This document shows, in pieces, positions 1 through 7,293 of a stretch of DNA of 20,000 nucleotides. Position 1 is the stretch's first letter. Each line of letters starts with the position of its first letter. A program made the translations under genes and the position numbers. The notes under the pieces are model-generated. The model was not told where the DNA came from. It was given only the letters and a program-made list of their open reading frames with translations, and did no database searches. Source of the DNA: an uncultured virus (IMG/VR IMGVR_UViG_3300014819_000515) (Duplodnaviria > Heunggongvirae > Uroviricota > Caudoviricetes). The stretch lies in IMG/VR virus record IMGVR_UViG_3300014819_000515; one strand, written 5' to 3'.

Positions 1-19
1 AAATTAAAAACTTCTTCAT
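1..19 (-). CDS. 5' end of a gene running off the window edge (MKKFLI...), possibly a signal peptide
   Basis: ATG at 19-17 downstream of the promoter at 48-76. Only 6 codons are visible. Confidence 0.5.
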
Positions 20-47
20 ATATTTATTGTTTGTTGTTTATATGGAT

Positions 48-76
48 AAGGTAACACTTTAATGTGTTTAGGTCAA
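48..76 (-). promoter_or_regulatory. sigma70-type promoter TTGACC-N17-TACCTT (TGn-extended -10)
   Basis: Read directly on the minus strand; intergenic; same layout as 5415-5443 and 7245-7273. Confidence 0.7.
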
Positions 77-86
77 GTGTTATAAT

Positions 87-116
87 AAAGAAATAAGTGT
101 TTAGATTCAATGACTT
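87..116. repeat. copy 1 of the conserved 30-bp promoter-upstream motif, AAAGAAATAAGTGTTTAGATTCAATGACTT
   Basis: Near-identical copies at 5454-5483 and 7294-7323. Confidence 0.9.
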
Positions 117-132
117 GAAGTCATTGTTTTTA

Positions 133-155
133 AAGGGTTTTTTAGGAAAACCCTT
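133..155. terminator. inverted repeat AAGGGTTTT-ttagg-AAAACCCTT just after the 162..674 stop; possible terminator or mRNA 3' hairpin
   Basis: 9-bp perfect stem, but no U-tract on the coding strand. Confidence 0.4.
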
Positions 156-161
156 AAAACC

Positions 162-674
162 TTAGTTTCTTGTGAATTGGTCGTTCCAATTAAAGGCTTC
201 TTTTACACAGTTTTCTGTGAGACCTTTATATGTAAGATTCAATTTCTTGTCTTTTATGTCAATTAATACTTGAGCATCATCTTTATGTAATGCTTCTAAC
301 ATTTGTATAAAAAGCATTTCTTTTTTAGCTTTAGGTATATTACTACCACCTTTAATAAAAAGATATAACTTTCTTGCTTCATCTAGTAAAGATGTGTGAT
401 CTGTTCCTTCAGGTACATCATTTTGTATAAATGGTGGATTTCCCTCTGGTATATCCCAAACAATTTTAGGGTCAAAAGCAGCTTTTAATAACTGTCTTAA
501 TGCTTGACTATCGTGTTTTTTTAACACTTCAATTTTTTTAGGTTTATCTTTTGCGTTATTTACTTGTGTAAATATTTCGTGTGCTAAAGGTCTAGCGTTA
601 GTGGCCGTACGAGCTACTGACTCCATTCCTTTTTTACTCATTAGGCTTGAGTGCCTAGGTGTTTCTTGTTCCAT
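162..674 (-). CDS. conserved hypothetical protein of marine T4-like phages (DUF6433-like)
   Basis: 170 aa with LPEG/IPEG-PP, RKLYLF and 'FIQMLEALH..DA' motifs; GGAG RBS; lies next to rnh. Confidence 0.65.
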   Translation of the reverse strand: MEQETPRHSSLMSKKGMESVARTATNARPLAHEIFTQVNNAKDKPKKIEVLKKHDSQALRQLLKAAFDPKIVWDIPEGNPPFIQNDVPEGTDHTSLLDEARKLYLFIKGGSNIPKAKKEMLFIQMLEALHKDDAQVLIDIKDKKLNLTYKGLTENCVKEAFNWNDQFTRN

Positions 675-695
675 AATTACTCCAATATTCGAATA

Positions 696-1541
696 TTAAA
701 AATCACCAATGTTTGTCATCAATGCTTTTAGTTTGTGTTGCATAAAATAAGGTAACAGTTTGGACCTGTTAGGTATCTTATACTCTCTATATGTATTTAT
801 AATAGTTCTTTCAAGCTCTTTTGGCATACAAGAAAGGTCTATTAATTGTTTGTTTCTCTCATAATATTTACTGGTTTCACTGCCAAGAGGTATATTACTA
901 ACGTTGGCCCATTCTTCAAGTCGTTTCTTATTAATAGGTCTTTGTTTCTCACCTGTTAAAAAGATGTCGTCTGGACTTAATATATTAGGTATACCATCTG
1001 AACGGTCACCTTTTATAATCTGTTCGTGTAAAAATTTCTTAGGATCTAAACCTTCACCAACAAATACCTTTTGTATAGGACTATATTGTTTAACATTTTT
1101 ATTTGATTGTAATTGTATAAAGTCTTTGTCACCACTGATAATCATAATAGGTCTATTTGTGTGATTAAACACCAATGCACCTATAATGTCATCTGCTTCG
1201 GCCTTTTCTATGTACATCATTACATAAGGAAAGTTTTCTGCAATTTCGTTTTTGATTTCTGTAATACAATTGAATATATTATCCCAATCTGTGGCTGAAT
1301 CTACACGGCCTTTTCTGCGAGCGTGTTTATAATTAGGGTAAATATCTCTACGCCAAGGGTCGCCTGCGTCAGCACATAATACCATAGTGCCATACTGTTC
1401 TTTAAATTTTAAATTGAATCCTCTTAATGAATTGATAACCATATGCCTAATCATTTCTTTATTGGGTTTAATATCCGATTTACCTCTGGTCTGTGCCATA
1501 AGGTTTGATATTAAAACTTGATTTAGGTCTACTAGTATCAT
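696..1541 (-). CDS. rnh: T4-type RNase H / 5'-3' exonuclease (FEN family)
   Basis: Motifs ILVDLNQ, WRR..YP.YK..R, EADD, SGDKDF.QL and GDRSDGIPN. Confidence 0.95.
   Translation of the reverse strand: MILVDLNQVLISNLMAQTRGKSDIKPNKEMIRHMVINSLRGFNLKFKEQYGTMVLCADAGDPWRRDIYPNYKHARRKGRVDSATDWDNIFNCITEIKNEIAENFPYVMMYIEKAEADDIIGALVFNHTNRPIMIISGDKDFIQLQSNKNVKQYSPIQKVFVGEGLDPKKFLHEQIIKGDRSDGIPNILSPDDIFLTGEKQRPINKKRLEEWANVSNIPLGSETSKYYERNKQLIDLSCMPKELERTIINTYREYKIPNRSKLLPYFMQHKLKALMTNIGDF
794..801 (-). promoter_or_regulatory. T4-type late promoter box TATAAATA inside the 3' end of rnh
   Basis: Exact T4 gp55 consensus about 120 bp upstream of the 162..674 start. A chance match is possible in AT-rich DNA. 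Confidence 0.55.
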
Positions 1542-1819
1542 TATGATTTATGTTCAAAAATTACAGTTTCATCTCCCATTACTTCATTGTAACTGGTAGT
1601 TTTAAATATAAAATCTTTTCCATATTCTTTACCTTTTTTACCTTGTTCATTAGCGTACTTAGCAACGGCTTCAACTACGTTGTAGCCTGCATTTAGTCCG
1701 CCTCCCTCACCAAATTCTTCATTGATTTCTTTTGAATAAGGTTCTCTATTTGATAATGCTGATATTTTTCTTTCTACTAATAATCCATCTTTAAATTTTC
1801 TTTTTAATTCGTATGCCAT
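1541..1819 (-). CDS. hypothetical protein
   Basis: 92 aa with AAGGAG RBS; stop overlaps the rnh start (TAATG). Confidence 0.8.
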   Translation of the reverse strand: MAYELKRKFKDGLLVERKISALSNREPYSKEINEEFGEGGGLNAGYNVVEAVAKYANEQGKKGKEYGKDFIFKTTSYNEVMGDETVIFEHKS

Positions 1820-1838
1820 AAATCTCCTTTTGTAACGA

Positions 1839-1864
1839 AGGCGAGCGTTATATATTTCTCGCCT
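1839..1864 (-). terminator. GC-rich hairpin (AGGCGAG...CTCGCCT) after the HTH gene
   Basis: 7-bp stem in an intergenic gap with a weak U-tract. Confidence 0.5.
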
Positions 1865-1879
1865 CCATCATTTAACTAA

Positions 1880-2167
1880 TTACGCATTGTAAGCGTATGA
1901 AGTACCGTATAGTTTTTTGATACCAGCAGCGATGATCGCTTTTGATGGTGCACCAAGTCTATAGAAAGTACCTTGAGCAGTTTTGTTAATATAGATCATA
2001 TTACCAGCTGCTCTCAATTTATCTACCATAGCTCTTGGCGATGTTAGATCAAATTTAGTTCTTAAAGTTTTCCAAGATACTGATTTCCCAGTTTCTAGTA
2101 ACTCTAATACTCTTTGTGTTTTTGAAGTCTTGCCACTTGCAAGAGCTCTTTTTAATGTTTTTAACAT
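1880..2167 (-). CDS. small basic winged helix-turn-helix DNA-binding protein
   Basis: Pattern 'QRVLELLETGKSVSWKTLRTKF...PRAMVDKLRAAGNMIY....G.FYRL' resembles wHTH; strong AAGGAG RBS. Confidence 0.65.
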   Translation of the reverse strand: MLKTLKRALASGKTSKTQRVLELLETGKSVSWKTLRTKFDLTSPRAMVDKLRAAGNMIYINKTAQGTFYRLGAPSKAIIAAGIKKLYGTSYAYNA

Positions 2168-2233
2168 TAGTTTCTCCTTGTGTTGGCTATTTTACAACCG
2201 GCGACGGCGATTCCATTAGGAATTTCGTGTAAT

Positions 2234-2728
2234 CTATCTGTCATCTGTTTCTTCAGGTAAATCAAAATCTGCTTCAAAGTCTGTCCAACCATCATTTCTT
2301 CTTTTAATTTCATCTTTAATATCTTTGTTTAATGGTTTATGTGGTTTGTGATTTTCTTCTGGCAACACTTTATTATAATCAATTACAACTTGTGGGCCAA
2401 ATCTTGACATTTTTACATCTACAATTTTATCAGCAAGTCTTTGTGCTGGGTGTGTAACGTCAAAATCTCTATATATCATACCTCTTAATATATCTACTAA
2501 TAATCCAAAGTCTTTTGTAAATTCTGGTTTTTCTGTCAACATGGCCATTTCTACGAATTGTCGTAGTATATTCATAGCTATTTCATCAACATTTCCTTCT
2601 ACAAATTCTTTTGTTCTATCTACTCTTACCTTTTCACTTCCTTCAGGATTTTGTTTGGCTGTTTCTTTATTAACAATTTTATCTGTTGGAAATAAAATAA
2701 TTTTATCATCAGTCATATGTAAGGTCAT
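2234..2728 (-). CDS. hypothetical protein
   Basis: 164 aa coupled to the glutaredoxin stop (TAATG); acidic C-terminus. Confidence 0.8.
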   Translation of the reverse strand: MTLHMTDDKIILFPTDKIVNKETAKQNPEGSEKVRVDRTKEFVEGNVDEIAMNILRQFVEMAMLTEKPEFTKDFGLLVDILRGMIYRDFDVTHPAQRLADKIVDVKMSRFGPQVVIDYNKVLPEENHKPHKPLNKDIKDEIKRRNDGWTDFEADFDLPEETDDR

Positions 2729-3003
2729 TACTTAATAGGTTGACCTTGAAAGTTAACCAGTTTTTTATCAATAAGATATTCCATCAACTGATTATAACCA
2801 CCTATTAATTCACCATTTATTTTTATTTGAGGCATTGATCTTACTTGTTTACCAATTTCTTCAAATAAAGCTTCTGTTGTCAAAAAATTTTCTATCTTTT
2901 TTTCTGTGTATGTAAGGCCAAGGTTATTTAATAACGATTTGGCCTTTACACAATAACCACAGTTGTCTTTACTGTATAATATGACGTGAGATATATCACT
3001 CAT
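2728..3003 (-). CDS. grx: glutaredoxin (NrdC/NrdH-like reductant for RNR)
   Basis: YSKDNCGYC, cis-Pro motif SMPQI and IGGY. Confidence 0.93.
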   Translation of the reverse strand: MSDISHVILYSKDNCGYCVKAKSLLNNLGLTYTEKKIENFLTTEALFEEIGKQVRSMPQIKINGELIGGYNQLMEYLIDKKLVNFQGQPIK

Positions 3004-3004
3004 A

Positions 3005-3625
3005 TTATTGTACTGTTTTTTCTTTAGTAGTTTCTTTAAACGCTTGATCGGCCTTTTCTTTAAGTTTATAAGAGTTCGCTACTTCTTCAATATTGTAATG
3101 ATACATCTTATTATACTCACCTAAAGGTAACTTTAATCCTACCCAAGCTCTATAGTAACCTTGATTTGTTGATGTCACTTCTTGTGCAAATACTTCATAC
3201 CCTCTAACAGGTGTATTTTGTATTATATTCACTAAAGTTGATTCAACTTGTGATACTATAGTTTTAGTTTCTGATTTACCTAATTCAGTTATAAACTGTT
3301 TAGATTGTTTGTTCATCTCGCCTTTGATAACATCAGCGATATCCGCTTTTGCTAACATTCTAGCTTTTTCAATTGCAAGATTTAAATCAGGTGATACAGC
3401 GGTACCTGCACCAAATAAACATACTTTGTCTGTACCTCTTGACTCTATAGAGTTAAAATTACAAACTTCTTTTTGTTTAATTTGATTCATGTACCAAGCA
3501 GGAACTATATCTACAGTTCGTTCTTTTTCTGCTTTAATTTCATAGGTTTGATTTAAACCTGTATTAGCACAAGCACCTAGCAACATACCAAGTATTGTGA
3601 TCGTTATTATTTTTCTTATCATCAT
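3005..3625 (-). CDS. lipoprotein, LPP20-like
   Basis: Signal peptide with lipobox LGAC, then VPAWY and 'GAGTAVS.DL.LA.EKA...AKADIA' as in LPP20-type proteins. Confidence 0.7.
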   Translation of the reverse strand: MMIRKIITITILGMLLGACANTGLNQTYEIKAEKERTVDIVPAWYMNQIKQKEVCNFNSIESRGTDKVCLFGAGTAVSPDLNLAIEKARMLAKADIADVIKGEMNKQSKQFITELGKSETKTIVSQVESTLVNIIQNTPVRGYEVFAQEVTSTNQGYYRAWVGLKLPLGEYNKMYHYNIEEVANSYKLKEKADQAFKETTKEKTVQ

Positions 3626-3626
3626 A

Positions 3627-3767
3627 TTATTTCACACTCCTATTAACATCATATACTATTTCTTCGGCTTTGTCAAGTCCTTTTCTAATTGTCTTAAAAA
3701 AGTCTTTAAAAGATACGTTAAACACTAGCATATATAAAAGTGTAGCGATTATAATGTTCTTAAACAT
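3627..3767 (-). CDS. 46-aa membrane mini-protein (MFKNIIIATLLYMLVFNVSFKDFFKTIRKGLDKAEEIVYDVNRSVK), not in the ORF track
   Basis: Manual translation; fills the gap exactly, with TAATG coupling to the upstream gene. Confidence 0.75.
   Translation of the reverse strand: MFKNIIIATLLYMLVFNVSFKDFFKTIRKGLDKAEEIVYDVNRSVK
3648..3676 (-). promoter_or_regulatory. sigma70-type promoter TTGACA-N17-TATGAT inside the mini-ORF
   Basis: Near-consensus boxes with 17-bp spacing, about 20 bp upstream of the lipoprotein start. Confidence 0.65.
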
Positions 3768-4405
3768 TATTGTACTCTCCATTCACCGTCCTTGTTTAGG
3801 CACGTCTTTCCGAACGATTTAAAGACGTGATCTGGTCTACTATAATATCGGCAATATTCTGGAGCCGATACATCTCTATAATAGAATTGTGCAAACATTT
3901 CCCAATAGTTAGGTGTAATTAAACCTTTTCTACCATCTGCACACTCCAAAATTTCTTTTTTAACAACACTATCTCCTTCTTGTGTAATCTTAACAACAAC
4001 ATAACAATTTTGATTAGCACTTTCTTTAGGTTTAATAGTTCTACTTAATTCATAAGTTTGTTTACTATTTAAATCATCAATATCTTTTACAACTTTTTTA
4101 TATAAAGCATTATCGTGTCCTTTTTCTTCTTCTGTCATTTCAACTTTAGGCATAATAAACGTTTCATTTGCTCTTACTTTTGAAATACCAACCTGTAAAA
4201 CAAAATAGATTAACAATATTACTAAAAAATATTTTCTTACATTAGGTATCACTCTTTTAAATCTCCAAGAATATACTAGCTGCTGTTTAGGTAATAGTGA
4301 TATAATAAAAGAAATAAAACCTTTTATCATATAAAATAATGTATCTACTAATTCTAGTAAATAAGGTTTTAAAAAATTTGGTAATTTAATTAAATATCTA
4401 CTCAT
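3767..4405 (-). CDS. membrane-anchored protein with a C-terminal 17-kDa surface antigen-like (RT0821/Lpp0805) motif
   Basis: Hydrophobic segment FLVILLIYFVLQV and C-terminal CRYY...GKTCLNKDGEW. Start placed at 4405 (ATGA overlap) rather than 4438. Confidence 0.6.
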   Translation of the reverse strand: MSRYLIKLPNFLKPYLLELVDTLFYMIKGFISFIISLLPKQQLVYSWRFKRVIPNVRKYFLVILLIYFVLQVGISKVRANETFIMPKVEMTEEEKGHDNALYKKVVKDIDDLNSKQTYELSRTIKPKESANQNCYVVVKITQEGDSVVKKEILECADGRKGLITPNYWEMFAQFYYRDVSAPEYCRYYSRPDHVFKSFGKTCLNKDGEWRVQ

Positions 4406-4599
4406 TCTGAACCATATTTTATTATATTTGTTGAACAATCTTTATAATCATTATAAATTAATGGTTCTTTCTTTTCAAGTTTTTCTAAAGTATCTCTTAG
4501 TTCATACAGTTCGTTTTCTAAACTTTTAAGAGGACTAAATTCTAATTCTTTTATTATAATCTTTTCTCTTGCTTTTAATAATTTAATTTGTTCGTCCAT
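4402..4599 (-). CDS. hypothetical coiled-coil protein
   Basis: 65 aa overlapping both neighbours in an operon layout. Confidence 0.65.
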   Translation of the reverse strand: MDEQIKLLKAREKIIIKELEFSPLKSLENELYELRDTLEKLEKKEPLIYNDYKDCSTNIIKYGSE

Positions 4600-5074
4600 T
4601 ACTATCTCTTTCTACCCAACGTCCATCAGGTTGTTGACAAGCAGTACCAAATACCACTTTTCTGTTTATACCACCAATACCAATTAATGGCCATTGACTT
4701 GTTATATCTACTGTTGCTTCGTAATCTTTACATTTAAATGGGCCTTCCATATATGTACTATATGTTTTAATGTTGCCTGAATTTTGCGTTTTTTCATTGT
4801 ACCAGTTTGTATAAGATGAAGATGAACCACGATTTAAATGATCTACGAATACTGCATTGTGTACATCATAATCTGAATTATACATAAGTTCTGCACCTAC
4901 AAAAGCACCTGTAACTGCACAAGCGGCCGCTACAACTGGATTATCTGTAAATTGTAAACAAGCGCCTGTCGTAGTCGTGGCACCTAAAAAGGCACCAGTA
5001 TGACTACGATTATTAGCACATTGGTTAACAACTAACAGTATGAAAAGTAAACTAAATATTCGCAAGTTTCTCAT
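4583..5074 (-). CDS. 17-kDa surface antigen-like lipoprotein (glycine zipper plus RT0821/Lpp0805 domain)
   Basis: Signal peptide followed by Cys, GAFLGA...GAFVGA zipper, WYN..T..SG, CKDY and GTACQQPDGRW. Confidence 0.8.
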   Translation of the reverse strand: MRNLRIFSLLFILLVVNQCANNRSHTGAFLGATTTTGACLQFTDNPVVAAACAVTGAFVGAELMYNSDYDVHNAVFVDHLNRGSSSSYTNWYNEKTQNSGNIKTYSTYMEGPFKCKDYEATVDITSQWPLIGIGGINRKVVFGTACQQPDGRWVERDSNGRTN

Positions 5075-5381
5075 CTTCTAATTCAGCTTCTTCTTCCCAC
5101 ATTTTTTGTTGGAATGATTTACCAAATACTGACATATAAAAGTAATCTCTAGGAGAGTCACTTTCATAAGCTTTTAATAGTTCTTCAAAATTAATGTCTA
5201 ATAAATCATAGACTTTAGGATTAAGTGTTTTGTTTCTAATGTGGTCTTTAAAGAATTGAATACGATTAACGTATATGTCAACTTCTTTATCTTCTAATTT
5301 TTTTTTCGTTGAAAGGTTAACGTCTTTTTGTTTTGCGTCTTTAAACTCTCTAAAAAGAGTGTCTTTATCATATGTTATCAT
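5052..5381 (-). CDS. hypothetical protein
   Basis: 109 aa directly downstream of the promoter at 5415-5443. Confidence 0.8.
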   Translation of the reverse strand: MITYDKDTLFREFKDAKQKDVNLSTKKKLEDKEVDIYVNRIQFFKDHIRNKTLNPKVYDLLDINFEELLKAYESDSPRDYFYMSVFGKSFQQKMWEEEAELEDEKLANI

Positions 5382-5414
5382 AATGTATATTTTAGTTTAT
5401 TGTTTGTACTATAT

Positions 5415-5443
5415 AAGGTAATACTTTTTTGTGTTAATTGCAA
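5415..5443 (-). promoter_or_regulatory. sigma70-type promoter TTGCAA-N17-TACCTT
   Basis: Intergenic; same -10 hexamer and layout as 48-76. Confidence 0.7.
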
Positions 5444-5453
5444 GCCCTAGGTC

Positions 5454-5483
5454 AAAGAAATAAGTATTTAAAAACAATGACTT
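5454..5483. repeat. copy 2 of the 30-bp motif, AAAGAAATAAGTATTTAAAAACAATGACTT
   Basis: Direct alignment with 87-116 and 7294-7323. Confidence 0.9.
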
Positions 5484-5503
5484 CAAGTTACTGATTTATA
5501 TAG

Positions 5504-5599
5504 CTATTTAAAATACGACTCAATAACGTCATTCACCACGTGTTCATATTTCCAACCAGCCCATATTCCTATAATCATTCCTAAAAAAAACCAAATCAT
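5504..5599 (-). CDS. 31-aa membrane mini-protein (MIWFFLGMIIGIWAGWKYEHVVNDVIESYFK)
   Basis: Manual translation; ATGA overlap with the upstream mini-ORF; GxxxG-type hydrophobic helix. Confidence 0.7.
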   Translation of the reverse strand: MIWFFLGMIIGIWAGWKYEHVVNDVIESYFK

Positions 5600-5730
5600 T
5601 TTTTACCTTTTTTCTTAGACTTTTTTTCTTTAATTTTTTTCATTGATGAATTGCCATTATCATCTTTCATTATATCATAAGCATTTTTACCATCAAAGTA
5701 ATGGCCGTCATAAGTTTTCTTTTTAGTCAT
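5596..5730 (-). CDS. 44-aa Lys-rich mini-protein (MTKKKTYDGHYFDGKNAYDIMKDDNGNSSMKKIKEKKSKKKGKK)
   Basis: Manual translation; TAATG and ATGA coupling on the two sides. Confidence 0.7.
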   Translation of the reverse strand: MTKKKTYDGHYFDGKNAYDIMKDDNGNSSMKKIKEKKSKKKGKK

Positions 5731-5819
5731 TATATTACTCTTTGTCCATAAGTTAAAAGCAAAACTAATATAAGAGCAAATACTGCTGCTCCTATTAGGT
5801 CATATGTCTTGTTACTCAT
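5730..5819 (-). CDS. 29-aa membrane mini-protein (MSNKTYDLIGAAVFALILVLLLTYGQRVI)
   Basis: Manual translation; starts 1 bp after the upstream stop, with a GGAGG RBS. Confidence 0.7.
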   Translation of the reverse strand: MSNKTYDLIGAAVFALILVLLLTYGQRVI

Positions 5820-5820
5820 A

Positions 5821-6126
5821 TTATACTTTCCTCCCCATTGTTTTAATATCTGTACTATCTACAACTTGGTAAGCGCCTTTATTATAGGCAATACCAATTG
5901 TTTTGCCTGCTGGTAATTGTGTAGTATAAGTTCTTTTGTATGTATCACCAACCACCCTATCACTTGTAGGTATAGAATCTCTTACTTTATAGTCAGGTAT
6001 ATCAAAACCTTTATGGTTACTGATTACTCTACCTTTATTGTTTAACTTTAAACCTAATGACTTCAACCATTTACGGTATTGTGTCTTGGCTAATTCTAAT
6101 CTTTGTTTATTTGTCAGCATTTTCAA
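5821..6126 (-). CDS. basic hypothetical protein, T4-like phage family with C-terminal AYNKGAYQ motif
   Basis: 101 aa ORF; the motif is recalled from T4-like phage hypotheticals. Confidence 0.7.
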   Translation of the reverse strand: MKMLTNKQRLELAKTQYRKWLKSLGLKLNNKGRVISNHKGFDIPDYKVRDSIPTSDRVVGDTYKRTYTTQLPAGKTIGIAYNKGAYQVVDSTDIKTMGRKV

Positions 6127-6313
6127 CTATCCATTTAATTGCTTGTTCTTTTGTAGAAAAACCTTCTTGACTATCATTACAATCAATATATGAACTGCTA
6201 TCAATAGTTGGCTCTTCCTCATCATAATTATAATATGCTGTAAAAGTATTATCATCTTCGGTTACAACATAACCTAATTTTTTGTCATTATTATATACAA
6301 ATGTATCAGTCAT
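6107..6313 (-). CDS. small acidic hypothetical protein
   Basis: 68 aa overlapping its neighbours. Confidence 0.7.
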   Translation of the reverse strand: MTDTFVYNNDKKLGYVVTEDDNTFTAYYNYDEEEPTIDSSSYIDCNDSQEGFSTKEQAIKWIVENADK

Positions 6314-6500
6314 TTTTATTACTTTCAGTTTCTCTTTTAACCCATTCTTTTTGGTTTTTTACGTCTGGTGATAAAATATCAACATGTCTACCAAATGATT
6401 TAGTGTCAATACCTTTTACTGTTAACTCTATTGAATTTGTATTTGAGTTAACATTACTCAAAATAGAACCTTTATTAATTTTCATAATTCTATCGCACAT
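6306..6500 (-). CDS. small hypothetical protein
   Basis: 64 aa with AAGGA RBS, overlapping its neighbours. Confidence 0.65.
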   Translation of the reverse strand: MCDRIMKINKGSILSNVNSNTNSIELTVKGIDTKSFGRHVDILSPDVKNQKEWVKRETESNKND

Positions 6501-6687
6501 TTTTATTTTCCTTTTTTATTTTTTCAATAATTATTATACAACTATGTTTTTCTTGTTTATCAAATTTAGATAGTGCTTTTTTTTCAGCATCTCCATAATT
6601 TTTAGCTCTAACAGTAAATTCTGTAGTTGCATTTTCTGTTATTGCACTTTTAGTTTCGAAAGTAATTCTAAAATCTTTCAATTTCAT
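6490..6687 (-). CDS. small hypothetical protein
   Basis: 65 aa with TAATG coupling. Confidence 0.7.
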   Translation of the reverse strand: MKLKDFRITFETKSAITENATTEFTVRAKNYGDAEKKALSKFDKQEKHSCIIIIEKIKKENKNVR

Positions 6688-6878
6688 TATTTGCCGTATT
6701 TGCTTTCCGTTTCTAATTGTAGTTGAATATCAATATCTGATTCTACTTTATCTACATCTTCTTGTAGTTTATCTCTAAATGTAACGGCCGTATTTCTAGC
6801 ATTGATTAAATCACCGTTGTTAATTTGATTAATAATCTGATTAAGTATATCTATTTGTATTAGTTCTATGTTTGTCAT
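6687..6878 (-). CDS. small acidic helical hypothetical protein
   Basis: 63 aa with AAGGAG RBS. Confidence 0.75.
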   Translation of the reverse strand: MTNIELIQIDILNQIINQINNGDLINARNTAVTFRDKLQEDVDKVESDIDIQLQLETESKYGK

Positions 6879-6907
6879 TATATAGTCTCCTTGTTGTTAG
6901 TATTATA

Positions 6908-7213
6908 TTACACTGCTTCTGCATATTTGTCAAGCACTACTTCGTCTTGATCGTTTTCATCATTAATTACTATACCAAGATGTTCTTCTGTTTGGTCATC
7001 AAAACCACTATCATAATAATCCAATTCTAATTGGTCTGAATCTTCTTTAAGTAAACCTCTTACATTGTCACTGATAATTCCACCATATTCTAAAGCAATA
7101 TCTCTTGCTTGATTATTATTTCTAGCTTTTACATAGTAAGCAATTTGTATAGTGTAATCTTGTACAACTCTATAGACGCTTTTACCAACGTCATCTTTGT
7201 TTAAATATATCAT
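6908..7213 (-). CDS. acidic hypothetical protein, first gene of the early-type cluster
   Basis: 101 aa with AAGGA RBS, directly after the promoter at 7245-7273. Confidence 0.8.
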   Translation of the reverse strand: MIYLNKDDVGKSVYRVVQDYTIQIAYYVKARNNNQARDIALEYGGIISDNVRGLLKEDSDQLELDYYDSGFDDQTEEHLGIVINDENDQDEVVLDKYAEAV

Positions 7214-7244
7214 AATTTAGTCCTTTTCAATTAGTTATACATAT

Positions 7245-7273
7245 AGTATAACATACAGTAATATACAATACAA
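7245..7273 (-). promoter_or_regulatory. sigma70-type promoter TTGTAT-N17-TATACT (TGn-extended -10)
   Basis: Intergenic, near consensus, 17-bp spacer. Confidence 0.75.
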
Positions 7274-7293
7274 GCGTTATTTTAAGTTTTTTA

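Noticed and set aside
78..86. Plus-strand TGTTATAAT extended -10
   Set aside because: No plus-strand gene follows, it is not present at this position in the other motif copies, and it is likely by chance in AT-rich DNA.
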